A DNA stretch of 64,000 nucleotides from Anaerolineae bacterium (GCA_027016315.1 JALWAP010000107.1:15448-79447), one strand, 5' to 3'; numbered from the stretch's first letter, positions 36,461 to 46,270 are shown. Made by a program: numbers and translations. Notes: generated from the sequence alone by a model not told the origin.

Positions 36461-36985
36461 TTACCCTTCCTTCAGCCTGAACCTCCACGCACACCAGTAT
36501 TCCGGCGGATGCTCGTCGGGGGGGCAGGTTACCACTTCCGTTTCAATGCGCGGATCTATGGTCTTGGCGAAATACGTGTACTCCACGATCCCAACGGGCT
36601 TGCATGGAAAATCTGGGAGCCCTTTCCGCTTCCTTGCTTCCTGCACGCGGCAGGTGTTCATCCTCAGGACGATGGTGTTTTCGTCTTCTTCGATGATTTC
36701 CTGTTCGTTCACGCGTGCGTACAGCCGGAACTGAAGCGCTTTTTTCAGGGCAGGTATGCCTCCCCCGGGGGTTATCCCAAGCCGTCTCATGATTCTCTTC
36801 GCTTCGATGACCGTGAACTGCCGCCACGCTTTCTTGTCCAGTTCGATGGCGGTCTCCATACCGAACTTTTCTTCCACGCCGAGGAACCATAGGCCGTCGT
36901 GAGCAAGCCAGTTCTTGGCGGCATCCTCCAGCAGATCGATCAGATCGTCCTTTGAAAGCTTCTGCAAAACGGTTCTATCAGGCAT
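36461..36985 (-). CDS. Hypothetical cytosolic protein (possibly DUF6125 / ATC-hydrolase-like)
   Basis: 174 aa with WLAHDGLWFL and several Cys (NTCRV, FPCKP, TCPPD, WCAW). Family assignment is tentative. Confidence 0.55.
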   Translation of the reverse strand: MPDRTVLQKLSKDDLIDLLEDAAKNWLAHDGLWFLGVEEKFGMETAIELDKKAWRQFTVIEAKRIMRRLGITPGGGIPALKKALQFRLYARVNEQEIIEEDENTIVLRMNTCRVQEARKRKGLPDFPCKPVGIVEYTYFAKTIDPRIETEVVTCPPDEHPPEYWCAWRFRLKEG

Positions 36986-37037
36986 CGGTTACCTCCAGGG
37001 ATTGTTCATCGAGCGGAGCATATCTCCCCAACGGCGC

Positions 37038-37946
37038 CTACATGGATGCCAGCAACACGCCCAGGGCCATGGAAACGAGCCTCGTGCGGTGCGGGTCGGA
37101 TCTGGAGCCGAGGACGATGGGCACTCTGGCTCCCACGATGATCCCGGCCATGACTCCTCCGGCGAAATACGTGATCGCCTTCGCCATCAGGTTCGCAGCG
37201 GAAATATCCGGTGCGACAAGAACGTCGGCTTTGCCAGCCACCTCCCCGCCGATGCCTTTGATCTTCGCTGCCTTGGGCAGGATGGCGTTGTCCAATCCAA
37301 GCGGCCCGTCCACGTACCCTCCCTTGATGATCCCCCGCTCTGCCATCTTGGCAAGCGCCGCGGCATCGAGCGTGGCGGTGTAGTTGGGGATCACCTTTTC
37401 CGTAGCGGCGACCAGGGCAACACGAGGCGGCTCGATGCCCAGGGCGCGGGCAACGTCTATCCCGTGCTGCACGATGAATCGCTTCTGCTCCAGCGTTGGG
37501 GCTATGTTCACCCCGCCATCGGTGATCAGGATCAGGCGCTCGAATCCGGGGATGTCGAACACCCCCACGTGGCTCAGCAAGTCCTTCCCTCGGATGCCGG
37601 ATTCCTTGTCGAGGGCTGCTTTCAGGAACATGTCGCTGCTGATCTGACCTTTCATCACCACTTGAGCAGTCCCGTTCCTGGCAAGCTCCATGGTCTTCCT
37701 GGCCGAAGAGAGCGGACCCGGGGCGTCTACCACCTCCAGCCCTTGTAGGGACACGCCAGCTTCCCTGGCTGCATCTTCGATCTCGCCAGCCCTTCCCACC
37801 AGGAAACATCGGGCAAAGCCCATATCCATCGCTTCCCGGGCCGCAAGTACCGCTTCCGGATACTGGGCCTCTGCTATTGCCACATTCTTTGCTCCCCTGG
37901 AAACTGCTTCCTGGAGCATTTCGTCATGGCTTCGTAGCCTTTTCAT
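37038..37946 (-). CDS. Phosphate acetyl/butyryl transferase family protein
   Basis: PTA_PTB-like motifs include GQISSD and VAPDISAANLMAK. ATG 37946 follows the RBS AAGGAGGCAGAAGATG; the track start is 38009. No acyl-kinase gene is adjacent. Confidence 0.8.
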   Translation of the reverse strand: MKRLRSHDEMLQEAVSRGAKNVAIAEAQYPEAVLAAREAMDMGFARCFLVGRAGEIEDAAREAGVSLQGLEVVDAPGPLSSARKTMELARNGTAQVVMKGQISSDMFLKAALDKESGIRGKDLLSHVGVFDIPGFERLILITDGGVNIAPTLEQKRFIVQHGIDVARALGIEPPRVALVAATEKVIPNYTATLDAAALAKMAERGIIKGGYVDGPLGLDNAILPKAAKIKGIGGEVAGKADVLVAPDISAANLMAKAITYFAGGVMAGIIVGARVPIVLGSRSDPHRTRLVSMALGVLLASM

Positions 37947-37972
37947 CTTCTGCCTCCTTGCAAGGAAAGTTT

Positions 37973-39703
37973 TCAAGAGCCGTGTGTGCGGGGTCTCCCA
38001 AACGCCCACAACCCCAGGAGCGCTATCGAGGTTGCCAGAGTCGTGAGGCCTCCGAGCTTCCGAACCGGGGTGCTGAACCCGCCCATGTGCACGCGCACCA
38101 CATGGTGCCCTTTCGGCACGCCCAGGGTGATCAAGCCAAACCTTCCCTCAGGCCGAATGGCAGCCGGTTTTCCATCGATCGTGGCGCGCCAGCCTGGGAA
38201 GTAGTACGTGTAGAACTGCAGCACGACCGGCGTACTGGCGTCGACTTCCACCACGTCCGTCGAGCCACCGTGGAAAAGCTGGCGAACCGTCCCTTGGCCT
38301 TTCAGCACGTGTGCTTTCACAAGCTCCTTGCTCTTCCCACGGTAGTACGGCACCATTGGGGAATCCTTCGGCTGGCTTTTGGTCCATATCGTCATGCCGA
38401 TCATGTCGGGATACTGGAGTTCGAAAGCCGTCGGGCCACCCGGAGACTCGTCCACCTTCGAGATATCGGTGAGCCGGGGTGTCACGTACCACAGGCTTCC
38501 CAGAACCACCAGGGAAGCCAGGAAGAACCCCATCTGCGGCGCCTTCAAATCCAATGCTGGCAAGAGACCACCCGCCATGACCGCCATCGCGAGGGCCGCG
38601 ATCCCTAAGAATCTCCACGGGAATTGTATCAAGGAGAGCGACGGAACGTGATCCCAGACCGGTTCCGAAGCTTTCGTCATCATGAACATGGCGACAAGGA
38701 GAACCACCCCGGCGAACAGAATCTCCTCGCGCTCCCGCAATCTGGATTTCAAGGCGAAGCAGCACCCCGAAGCAGCCAGAGCAAAGGCCACCAGCCCGAG
38801 TTGCAGAGGCATTCCATCCTCCGGGCCCGGGACAGAGTACCCAAACCCCCAGAAAGGCTCGAAGAGCTGGAAGAAATAGGTGAAGTTCATCCGGTAGTTG
38901 TAGCTTCCTCCCACCCATTGCGACTCCACGATGTACTTTTTCTCGACCACGGCGGGGAACAGGAAAATCGCCGCAAACCCGATTGCCAGCATCCCGGCGA
39001 GAATCGAGTAGGAAGTCGCCTTGAGAGGGAACTTCTTTTCACGGAACCACGCGCACGCCAGCCAGAACGCCACCCACGCTGCCAGCACCGGCGTGAAAAG
39101 GATGATCGTGCCGGAGTGGGTGAGCATCAGCGCTCCGTACGCAACAGCAGCAACGCTCACGCTCCTCAGGGATTTGCGTCGGGCGAGTTCGTAGAACGCC
39201 AACAACACCCACGGGAACCACGCCACGGCAGCGTACTCGGCGTAAGCCGCCCTCACGTAGATGTCCACCAGGTGGTACGGCACGTACACGTACACCAGCC
39301 CCGCAACTATCGCCCCCCACCGGTTGCGCCACCATCTCAACACCAGAAGGTAGGTTCCCAGCATCCCAAACAGGGTAAACAGAATCCAGCCAGCCTTGAC
39401 GGAGTTGGTGAACCCGAGGCCGATCAGGTGGAACGCCTCCGCCACGTAATAGGCCAGCGGTGCGTACAGGAGCCAAAGGGGATACCCGTAGCCGAGGGCG
39501 TGGTCTGGCCCCCACCGAGGCCAAAACACGCCTTCCTTTATGTTTTGATCCATCTGAACCAGGAAGAAGACACTATGGTGTGCGTCGTGAGCCTGAGTGA
39601 AGTAACCTGGAGAAAACAGGGGCGCAATCGCAAACAGGCTGAAAACAGCCATGATGGCGAAGTCGGTCAGGACCTCTTTGTTTTTCTCGTAGAGCGATTT
39701 CAT
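37973..39703 (-). CDS. Polytopic membrane protein, PTPS-related / glycosyltransferase-39-like family
   Basis: MKSLYEKNKEVLTDF.. is followed by FSPGYFTQAHDAHHSVFFLVQMDQNIKEGVFWPRWGPDHALGYGYPLW, typical of 6-pyruvoyl-tetrahydropterin-synthase-related membrane proteins (from memory). The start forms an ATGA overlap with the trmH-family stop; the track start is 39898. Confidence 0.75.
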   Translation of the reverse strand: MKSLYEKNKEVLTDFAIMAVFSLFAIAPLFSPGYFTQAHDAHHSVFFLVQMDQNIKEGVFWPRWGPDHALGYGYPLWLLYAPLAYYVAEAFHLIGLGFTNSVKAGWILFTLFGMLGTYLLVLRWWRNRWGAIVAGLVYVYVPYHLVDIYVRAAYAEYAAVAWFPWVLLAFYELARRKSLRSVSVAAVAYGALMLTHSGTIILFTPVLAAWVAFWLACAWFREKKFPLKATSYSILAGMLAIGFAAIFLFPAVVEKKYIVESQWVGGSYNYRMNFTYFFQLFEPFWGFGYSVPGPEDGMPLQLGLVAFALAASGCCFALKSRLREREEILFAGVVLLVAMFMMTKASEPVWDHVPSLSLIQFPWRFLGIAALAMAVMAGGLLPALDLKAPQMGFFLASLVVLGSLWYVTPRLTDISKVDESPGGPTAFELQYPDMIGMTIWTKSQPKDSPMVPYYRGKSKELVKAHVLKGQGTVRQLFHGGSTDVVEVDASTPVVLQFYTYYFPGWRATIDGKPAAIRPEGRFGLITLGVPKGHHVVRVHMGGFSTPVRKLGGLTTLATSIALLGLWAFGRPRTHGS

Positions 39704-40494
39704 CCTCCAATGACCCCTAAGGCGTGGGACGCTGTAAAGAGCAGTATGCCAGAAGCCACCACCACATTCAGCGATTCGACGTCGGACGACATCGGTATTG
39801 TTACCTTCACATCGGCGGCTTCCAGGCTTTGTCGGCTGACCCCGAACGCTTCTCCACCCACGACCAGCGCCGATGGAGCTTCCCACTGCACCTTCCACAG
39901 AGAAATGCCTCCGCTCACGGCGGAAACGTACAGCCGATACCCCGCGGCGTACTCATTCCAGGCGTCTCCCGACGCTACTTCGGCTATGCGCCTCAAAGCC
40001 ACCTTGAAATGTGCCCCCATGCCAGCGCGCACGGCCTTTGGATTATAAGGGTCGACCGAGCCGTGAGTCAAGAGAATGCCTCTGACCCCTGCTGCGCTCG
40101 CCGTCCTCAATATCGCTCCCAGGTTCCCCGGCTCTCGAACCCCGTCGAGCACGAGCACGAGCGGCGGACGTTCGGGCCAGGGGAGTTCCTGCATCGGCAC
40201 CACAGCGATCACGCCTTGCGGCGTGGTCGTGTCGCTCACCAGGCGTAAGACCTCCTCCGAGACTTCGAAGCATGGCACGCCTGCAGACTCCATCGCAGCG
40301 AGCAACTCTTTCCCGCCGGAATCAAGCCATCTGGCTACATAGAGGCAGAACTCCGGGAGTGCGCCGGCCTGAAGAGCTTCCCTCAGGAGCCGGGTTCCCT
40401 CCACAACGAAAGCCCTTTCCCTGTAGCGGGCTCTCCTTTGCTCGATGAGCTTCCTGACGAGCTTGATCTTCGGGTTGGCAGCGCTGGTAATCAA
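39700..40494 (-). CDS. TrmH/SpoU-family RNA 2'-O-methyltransferase
   Basis: SpoU motifs are LDGVREPGNLGAILRTA, LVVGGEAFGV and VESLNVVVASGILLF. Confidence 0.85.
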   Translation of the reverse strand: MITSAANPKIKLVRKLIEQRRARYRERAFVVEGTRLLREALQAGALPEFCLYVARWLDSGGKELLAAMESAGVPCFEVSEEVLRLVSDTTTPQGVIAVVPMQELPWPERPPLVLVLDGVREPGNLGAILRTASAAGVRGILLTHGSVDPYNPKAVRAGMGAHFKVALRRIAEVASGDAWNEYAAGYRLYVSAVSGGISLWKVQWEAPSALVVGGEAFGVSRQSLEAADVKVTIPMSSDVESLNVVVASGILLFTASHALGVIGG

Positions 40495-40511
40495 TCTCGA
40501 ACCCTCCTCAC

Positions 40512-40545
40512 CAAAAATCCGGCCTACAGCGAGTCACTGCAGGCC
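40512..40545 (-). terminator. Probable intrinsic terminator after rho
   Basis: A 9-bp stem with one mismatch, GGCCTGCAG..CTGTAGGCC on the minus strand (40521-40545), is followed by GGATTTTTGG. Confidence 0.5.
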
Positions 40546-40604
40546 AGATTCTTCCGACTATTCTGCCCCGATGCAGAAGGAAACCGCAAAGCGCGTTTCT
40601 GGGC

Positions 40605-41972
40605 TTAGATCGTTTCCCTGTGGAGCGTAGCGAGGAATTCCCGGTTGCTCCTGGTCTTGGAAAGTCGCTCCAAAATCGGAAGGATGGCCTCCAGGCTTCC
40701 TCCCATAGCGTCGATCATCCGCCTCAGCGTCCAGACCCGCTGGAGCACGTCCGGCTCGAGGAGGAGTTCTTCTCGCCTGGTTCCGGACTTCTCGATATCG
40801 ATTGCGGGGAATATCCTGCGCTCGGCGAGCCTGCGGTTCAGGTGGAGTTCCATGTTGCCGGTGCCTTTGAATTCTTCGTAGATCACGTCGTCCATCCGGC
40901 TGCCGGTATCGACCAGACACGTGGCGATGATTGTGAGGCTACCACCTTCCTCGATGTTCCGGGCTGCGCCGAAGAACCGCTTCGGCGGGAACAGCGCCGC
41001 CGGATCGAGGCCGCCGGAAAGGGTTCTGCCGGTGGGAGAGATTACCATGTTGTACGCCCTGGCAAGCCTGGTGATGGAGTCCAACAAAATCACCACGTCC
41101 CGCTTGTTCTCCACCATCCTCTTGGCACGCTCCAGCGCCAGCTCAGCGACCTTCACATGCAAGCGGGCCGGGTCGTCGAACGTGGAAGCCACCACCTCAG
41201 CGTCCACCGACCGGTCCATGTCCGTTACTTCCTCCGGCCGCTCGCCGATCAACACCACCATCAGATCGACATCGTCGTAGTTGGTGGTAATGCCGTTGGC
41301 AATCTGCTTCAGGATCGTCGTCTTCCCTGCCTTCGGCGGCGAGACGATGAGCCCGCGCTGCCCCCGGCCGATAGGCGCGAGCATGTCGATCAAGCGCGTG
41401 GCGAGGATATTGGGGCGCGTTTCCAGCTTTAGCTGCTGGTTGGGGAAAATCGGCGTCAGTTGCTCGAACCTGGGCCTGCGGTAGGAAAGCTCGGGATTAG
41501 CGCCGTTGACAGCTTCCACCTTCAGCAGCCCATAGTACCGCTCTGTCTCCTTCGGCGGCCTGACCTGCCCGACCACGAAATCGCCGGTCCTGAGGCCAAA
41601 GCGCCTGATCTGGGACTGAGAGACGTAGATGTCCTCGGGCCCGGGCAGCAGGCGCTCCGATCGAAGGAACCCCACGCCGTCCTCAGTGATATCGAGCACC
41701 CCGCCACCGAATATCAGACCTTGCTTTTCGGCGTTGGCTTTCAGGATTGCCATGACTAAATCGTATTTCTTCATCCTGGTATAGCCGGTAACGCCAATTT
41801 CCCTGGCAAGGTCTCGGAGCTCCGCGAGGCTCCTTTTCTCCAGCATACCAATGTTCAGGTTAAACTGAGGCGTGAGCTCTTTCTGCTCTTTCTGAACTCC
41901 CTGGGAAGAGCCGTCCTGCGTTTCCTGATTTTTTGTTTCTCCACCATTTTCCTGTTTTTCTGACTCTGTCAT
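40605..41972 (-). CDS. rho: Transcription termination factor Rho
   Basis: Present are a Rho N-terminal domain ([13 protein letters not shown]), RNA-binding region [18 protein letters not shown], Walker A PPKAGKTT, and [13 protein letters not shown]. It also has a hydrophilic N-terminal extension of about 40 aa. Confidence 0.95.
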   Translation of the reverse strand: MTESEKQENGGETKNQETQDGSSQGVQKEQKELTPQFNLNIGMLEKRSLAELRDLAREIGVTGYTRMKKYDLVMAILKANAEKQGLIFGGGVLDITEDGVGFLRSERLLPGPEDIYVSQSQIRRFGLRTGDFVVGQVRPPKETERYYGLLKVEAVNGANPELSYRRPRFEQLTPIFPNQQLKLETRPNILATRLIDMLAPIGRGQRGLIVSPPKAGKTTILKQIANGITTNYDDVDLMVVLIGERPEEVTDMDRSVDAEVVASTFDDPARLHVKVAELALERAKRMVENKRDVVILLDSITRLARAYNMVISPTGRTLSGGLDPAALFPPKRFFGAARNIEEGGSLTIIATCLVDTGSRMDDVIYEEFKGTGNMELHLNRRLAERRIFPAIDIEKSGTRREELLLEPDVLQRVWTLRRMIDAMGGSLEAILPILERLSKTRSNREFLATLHRETI

Positions 41973-42160
41973 GTTTTGATGACCTCCTTGAACGAGTGCA
42001 ATCGATTAACCTCCCCGTGACGCGGATCCGGTATTATTATGGGGGGATGAATTTTCGACCTTGATAAAAGGCTCTATGAAGCCGTAAACTTAAAATTTAA
42101 AGTGACACTGGCGGAAAACATCCACGAATGGAGCATCCGCGGCTTTCTACGCGCCCGCAT

Positions 42161-42190
42161 ATTATATCAAACCATTCCTCGGTATGTCAA
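42161..42190 (-). promoter_or_regulatory. Strong sigma-70-type promoter upstream of rho (extended -10)
   Basis: On the minus strand, TTGACA (42190-42185) is followed by an 18-nt spacer ending TGA and then TATAAT (42166-42161). This predicts a leader of about 180 nt before the rho ATG. Confidence 0.55.
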
Positions 42191-42399
42191 ACTTTTCACT
42201 TAACCTATTTTGACACCTTTTTAGGCTGTTTTTAAGTGTCATCCGTGGATGCCCCCAAACCGTCCTGTTCCATATTGGCTGGATCAACGGCCATGGCCAC
42301 GTCCATCGATAAGACACCTCCCAGGACAAGACGCATTTATCCGCCCAGGACGAGACCGGAAGCGAAGCACTGACGTCGGATAGAATCTGGGGGATCCCG

Positions 42400-43386
42400 C
42401 TACTCACATTCGAAATACCTGATCCTCTCTTTCTTGAACTCCCGCACGCTGTACAGAATAGTATAATCTTTTACATCGATCGCTGTAGAAATACGTTTTG
42501 CAACCTGCTCACACTCTGCTCTGCTTTTCCCGTGGACCATGGTGAAGAGGTTGTAAGGCCAGTCCGGGTATGTGGGGCGCTGGTAGCAGTGGCTCACTTC
42601 CGGGAAAGCCGCCGCTGCAACCCCGGCCTGCTCTATCCGATCATCCGGCACGCGCCAGCAGACCATGCCATTCGCAACGAACCCCGCCTTCCGGTGCCGA
42701 AGTACCGCAGCGAACCGACGCATCCACCCGCTCTCCTGCGCCAGCCTAAGCCACGATAGCACTTCCTCCTGGCTCACGCCCAGCCGCGCCGCAGCAGCTC
42801 CAAAAGGCTCCTCTGACAGCGGGATATCGTCCTGCAGCACTTTCACGAACATCTTGTCCCGATCGCTGAGGGGCGGAGACTGCTTCCGCTCATGCTGACG
42901 AGCGTCCCTGATCGAGCCGCTGCCCATCCTCAGTTGCACGCCAATCTTGAACATCCTGATAGTGGGCAACAATCTGTACTCTCGGATGCCCGCTTCGCTG
43001 ACAAGTCTGGCTACTTCTTCCTCTAAAGACCTGCCCGGCGGCACGGCAATGGTGAACCATAGGTTGAACCTGTGCTCCCGTTCGTAATTGTGGCTGACTC
43101 CGGGATATTCGTTTACCACGCTTGCTGCTTCTTCGAGCCGTCTTGGTTCCACAGCAGCAGCAACCAGGCTCGACCGGTATCCGAGCGCTCGTGTATCGAA
43201 AATAGGGGATATCTGCCGGATTATTCCTTCCGACTTCAATGCCCGAACACGCTCCAGCACTTCCCAACCGGGAACGCCTACCATCTCTCCAAGGGCATCC
43301 CACGGCCTCCGCTCGAGCGGAAACGAAGCCTGCATCTCGTCCAAAAGTCGCATATCGGTCTCGTCCAAAATTTTCCTCCCTTTCAC
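42400..43386 (-). CDS. Fused siroheme decarboxylase (AhbA/AhbB, NirDL-like; two Lrp/AsnC-like repeats)
   Basis: 328 aa with two repeats of the pattern D..LL...Q..FPL..RP...L......E.L.RV..L...G.IR. PGVSHNYEREHRFNLWFT in repeat 1 corresponds to PEVSHCYQRPTYPDWPYNLFTMV in repeat 2. Confidence 0.8.
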   Translation of the reverse strand: MKGRKILDETDMRLLDEMQASFPLERRPWDALGEMVGVPGWEVLERVRALKSEGIIRQISPIFDTRALGYRSSLVAAAVEPRRLEEAASVVNEYPGVSHNYEREHRFNLWFTIAVPPGRSLEEEVARLVSEAGIREYRLLPTIRMFKIGVQLRMGSGSIRDARQHERKQSPPLSDRDKMFVKVLQDDIPLSEEPFGAAAARLGVSQEEVLSWLRLAQESGWMRRFAAVLRHRKAGFVANGMVCWRVPDDRIEQAGVAAAAFPEVSHCYQRPTYPDWPYNLFTMVHGKSRAECEQVAKRISTAIDVKDYTILYSVREFKKERIRYFECE

Positions 43387-43458
43387 GCTCTGTGCAACTC
43401 ATTACGAGGCCAGAGTATCCACTTCTCGAAATGGAATGCAAGATTCCCCTGCACCATC

Positions 43459-43488
43459 TTGACGCTCACACAACTCTCCGCCTATAAT
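43459..43488 (+). promoter_or_regulatory. Sigma-70-type promoter of the transporter gene
   Basis: TTGACG (43459-43464) is followed by an 18-nt spacer and TATAAT (43483-43488). Confidence 0.5.
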
Positions 43489-43494
43489 TTTCTA

Positions 43495-43689
43495 GTTTGG
43501 TGCGATCTTCGCCCCAACGGTTTTCAGTGGGGAAAGGGGTATTTTCTCTCAGGAAAGCGGGGTTTTGCGCGTCTGAGTAGCCCGGCGTGGTTCGAGCCGG
43601 AAAGAAGATCGCCGCGTTCGTCCGGACAGGAAACGTAGGCTAAATCTCGTTCCGCGATTCCGGACGCCATATGACCAAGGAGGAATGTA
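43495..43689 (+). promoter_or_regulatory. Long structured 5' leader (candidate riboswitch or other cis-regulatory RNA)
   Basis: A perfect 9-bp closing helix GCGATCTTC (43502-43510) / GAAGATCGC (43604-43612) encloses two inner hairpins (CCCCA..TGGGG, CCGGC..GCCGG). A perfect 8-bp helix CGTCCGGA (43619-43626) / TCCGGACG (43659-43666) follows, just before the AAGGAGG RBS. Confidence 0.35.
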
Positions 43690-46059
43690 ATGTCGGTCGC
43701 GGTTTCGCACAAGCTCTCGAATTCGCTGGAGGGAGCACTGGCGGGTGGTGGAGACCCCGCCACCTCCCCCCTGTACGTGTTCGGGCCGTTCTTGAAGCTG
43801 ATCGTAGTGGCCGGCGTTGCCGAAGTGACTTTCGGGGCCAGCGTGTGGCTCGTAGTGTTCACGATAGCCACCGTCTCGGCGATGTACCGGCTCGTCATGA
43901 GTTGGGTTACGGATGGGAGCGGCGGCAGTGGCCTCACTGAGGAAGAGTTCGGAGGGTGGGCGGTCAAGATAAACGCCGGGATAACCTTCGTGGAGTACAC
44001 TTTGACGTTTCTGGTGAGCATGGCAGCGCTCGTAACTTTCATCGCAGACCGAGCCCCGGTGCTCAACCAGGCAATCGGCCCCCTGACTTACAGGGCGATA
44101 GCTGCCGTGGCGCTCAGCCTGCTCACCGGATGGCTGGTGAACAGAGGGCCGAAGACGGCTGCCGTCATCTTCGGACCGGCTACTGCCGGGGTACTGCTGC
44201 TGCTTTGGATAATGAATATCGCCACGGTCGTGAAATTCGGCATACACCTGCCGGATTTTTCCCTGAAGGCTTTTACCGACGGCTACCTGCACTACACGCT
44301 TGCGGGGTATTCCAGAATTCTCGCTGTTATGACCGGCATCGAGGTGTTTGCAAACCTGGTGGCGGCATACGACGGCACGCCAGAGGAACGGAGCAAGAAG
44401 GCCTTCGGAAGCCTGCTCATCATCATGGGCACGGCGGCGGTCACGATGGTGATCACCGGGCCTGCAATTTTCCGCCTCTCCGATCCGACCAACCCGGAAG
44501 TATCCGTTTTCACCCAGACCATGGACAAGCTGCTCCCGCAATGGCTTTCGTACGCCGGGACGCTCGTCGGGGTTGCCGTGCTGCTTTCGGCATGCGCCGC
44601 GAGCGCGCAGGGATTGCAGAACCTCGCCCTGGGGCTGAAGGATAGGCATTACATTCCGGAAATCCTGGGACGCAGGAACAAATTCAACGTGGCGGACATG
44701 CCGGTCTGGTTGGAAGTGGGCATTGCCTCCATATGCTTTCTCTTCATAGGCACCAGCGAGGAGATATATCTTTCCGTGTATGCCGCCGGGGTATTCATCC
44801 TCCTGAGCATGACCGGGTGGGCTGCTGCCAAAAGGCTGATCAGGCAACTACGCCAGGAATTCGACCTTTCCCACATGGGAACTTTCGTGGGGACTGTCAT
44901 GGCGGCATTTCTGACATCCGCCGCCACGGTGATAATCTTCGCCGAACGGCTGAAAGAAGGCGCCTGGACGTACTTCCTGTTCATTCCGGTGCTTTACGTG
45001 GCTTTTACTTACTTCAGGAACAAGCTCGGTGCGCCATCGCCGGTGCTGGAAGAGCTGGGCAAGCTGGAGGAAGCCATGTGGACGACGGAAGCTCTGGTCC
45101 CCAGCGAACCGGAGACCGTCGAGATACTGCCCGTTGTCCTGGAGCCTTGGAGTGCATCGCCTGAGCGAATTGCCCTGTGGAGGAGCAAGAAGCAGGTACC
45201 GCGGAACATCCTGATCCCACTGGATGGCTCGAAGTTTGCGGAGAACGCCATCCCGGCAGGAAAGTTCCTCGCCACCCACTACGACGCCACAGTGACCCTG
45301 CTCTCGGTATGCTCCAGCGACAGCGAGGCAGAAGAGAAACGCTCGTACCTGGAAGGAATAGCGAAGAGCATATCCGCAGAAGGGCTGAAGGTGGCGATCG
45401 AAGTGGCCAAAGGGCGGGTATGCGAGACCATCGGCGAGGTGGCCAGGAAAGTTTCCGCCGATATGCTCATAATGACGACCCACGGGTGGGGCGGCTGGAA
45501 AGGGCTGCTGCGCAAGAGCAGGGCTGTGGAAATACTTCGTTCCGTTTCCATCCCGTCCGTCATCATCCGCCCGAGGAACGGGACCGTGCCGCCTCCAAGG
45601 GTCGACCGGGTGCTCGTGCCTCTGGATGGCTCCGTATTCTCGGAAAGGGTGCTTTCCTATGTTCGCGCGCTCGATCCTTCCTTCAACAGCACGGTGATAC
45701 TGCTTTCTGTGCCCGACGTGCCCGAGCCCGGACTCTACGGCACGCTGGCGGACGTGGTTGCGCGATTGCGCAGGAAAGCGGAGTCCCAATCCCGGAGCTA
45801 CCTGGAGGCCATCGCCGAGGTGCTCAGGGAAGATGGTTTGAAGGTGGAGACCGTGGTGACCGGCTCGAATCCGGTCAAGACTATACTCAGGGTTAGCGAA
45901 GAGAAGAAAGTGACGTTGATAATGATGTCCGCCCGTGGGCGCGGAGCTACTTCGAGTTCTTCGCTCGGTGGGGTGGCCGTACGGGTGTTGCGGCAGGTTC
46001 GAAGGCCGCTCTTCTTGCTGCCAATACACGACGAATCCACGAACGCGAAAGTGAGGTAA
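43690..46059 (+). CDS. APC-superfamily transporter (KimA/Kup-like membrane domain) fused to two C-terminal universal stress protein (USP) domains
   Basis: 789 aa. N-terminal GGGDPATSPLYVFGP and TDGSGGSGL resemble Kup GDIGTSPLY / ADNAGEGGI, and MTGIEVFANLVAAY resembles KimA LTGVEAISNAIPAF (all from memory). The USP repeats are ILIPLDGSKFAE..LIMTTHGWGG and VLVPLDGSVFSE..LIMMSARGRG. Confidence 0.8.
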   Translation: MSVAVSHKLSNSLEGALAGGGDPATSPLYVFGPFLKLIVVAGVAEVTFGASVWLVVFTIATVSAMYRLVMSWVTDGSGGSGLTEEEFGGWAVKINAGITFVEYTLTFLVSMAALVTFIADRAPVLNQAIGPLTYRAIAAVALSLLTGWLVNRGPKTAAVIFGPATAGVLLLLWIMNIATVVKFGIHLPDFSLKAFTDGYLHYTLAGYSRILAVMTGIEVFANLVAAYDGTPEERSKKAFGSLLIIMGTAAVTMVITGPAIFRLSDPTNPEVSVFTQTMDKLLPQWLSYAGTLVGVAVLLSACAASAQGLQNLALGLKDRHYIPEILGRRNKFNVADMPVWLEVGIASICFLFIGTSEEIYLSVYAAGVFILLSMTGWAAAKRLIRQLRQEFDLSHMGTFVGTVMAAFLTSAATVIIFAERLKEGAWTYFLFIPVLYVAFTYFRNKLGAPSPVLEELGKLEEAMWTTEALVPSEPETVEILPVVLEPWSASPERIALWRSKKQVPRNILIPLDGSKFAENAIPAGKFLATHYDATVTLLSVCSSDSEAEEKRSYLEGIAKSISAEGLKVAIEVAKGRVCETIGEVARKVSADMLIMTTHGWGGWKGLLRKSRAVEILRSVSIPSVIIRPRNGTVPPPRVDRVLVPLDGSVFSERVLSYVRALDPSFNSTVILLSVPDVPEPGLYGTLADVVARLRRKAESQSRSYLEAIAEVLREDGLKVETVVTGSNPVKTILRVSEEKKVTLIMMSARGRGATSSSSLGGVAVRVLRQVRRPLFLLPIHDESTNAKVR

Positions 46060-46060
46060 T

Positions 46061-46120
46061 GCGGGCGAACCAGACGGCTTGCCGCTACAAAACGCGTAGG
46101 TCGAGTCGTCTGACTCGACC
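46061..46120. repeat. Hairpin-rich interspersed repeat (REP/BIME-like), inverted copy of part of the 57.1-kb unit
   Basis: GCGGGCGAACCAGACGGCTTGCCGCTACAAAACGCGTAGGTCGAGTCGTCTGACTCGACC is closely similar to the reverse complement of 57150-57200 (..GGTCGAGTCAGACGACTTGACCTACGGCGTGCTTTGTAGTGGCGAGCCGTCTGGCTCGCC). Confidence 0.8.
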
Positions 46121-46270
46121 AAATCAGGGCAAGGCTTGTCCTCGCCCCTACCGCGCTGACGCCTAGATGCCGCTTGATCTTCACCGGCCTTGCCCCACGT
46201 ACTCAGAAATATTGTTTCTTTACCTCTGCGTCTCTCATGCCTCTGCGTCATACTAACGAGCCAAACAACT

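Noticed and set aside
42162-42407. 81-aa minus-strand ORF in the rho upstream region.
   Set aside because: It has no RBS and a poor composition. It spans the predicted rho promoter, so it is more likely non-coding leader or promoter DNA.
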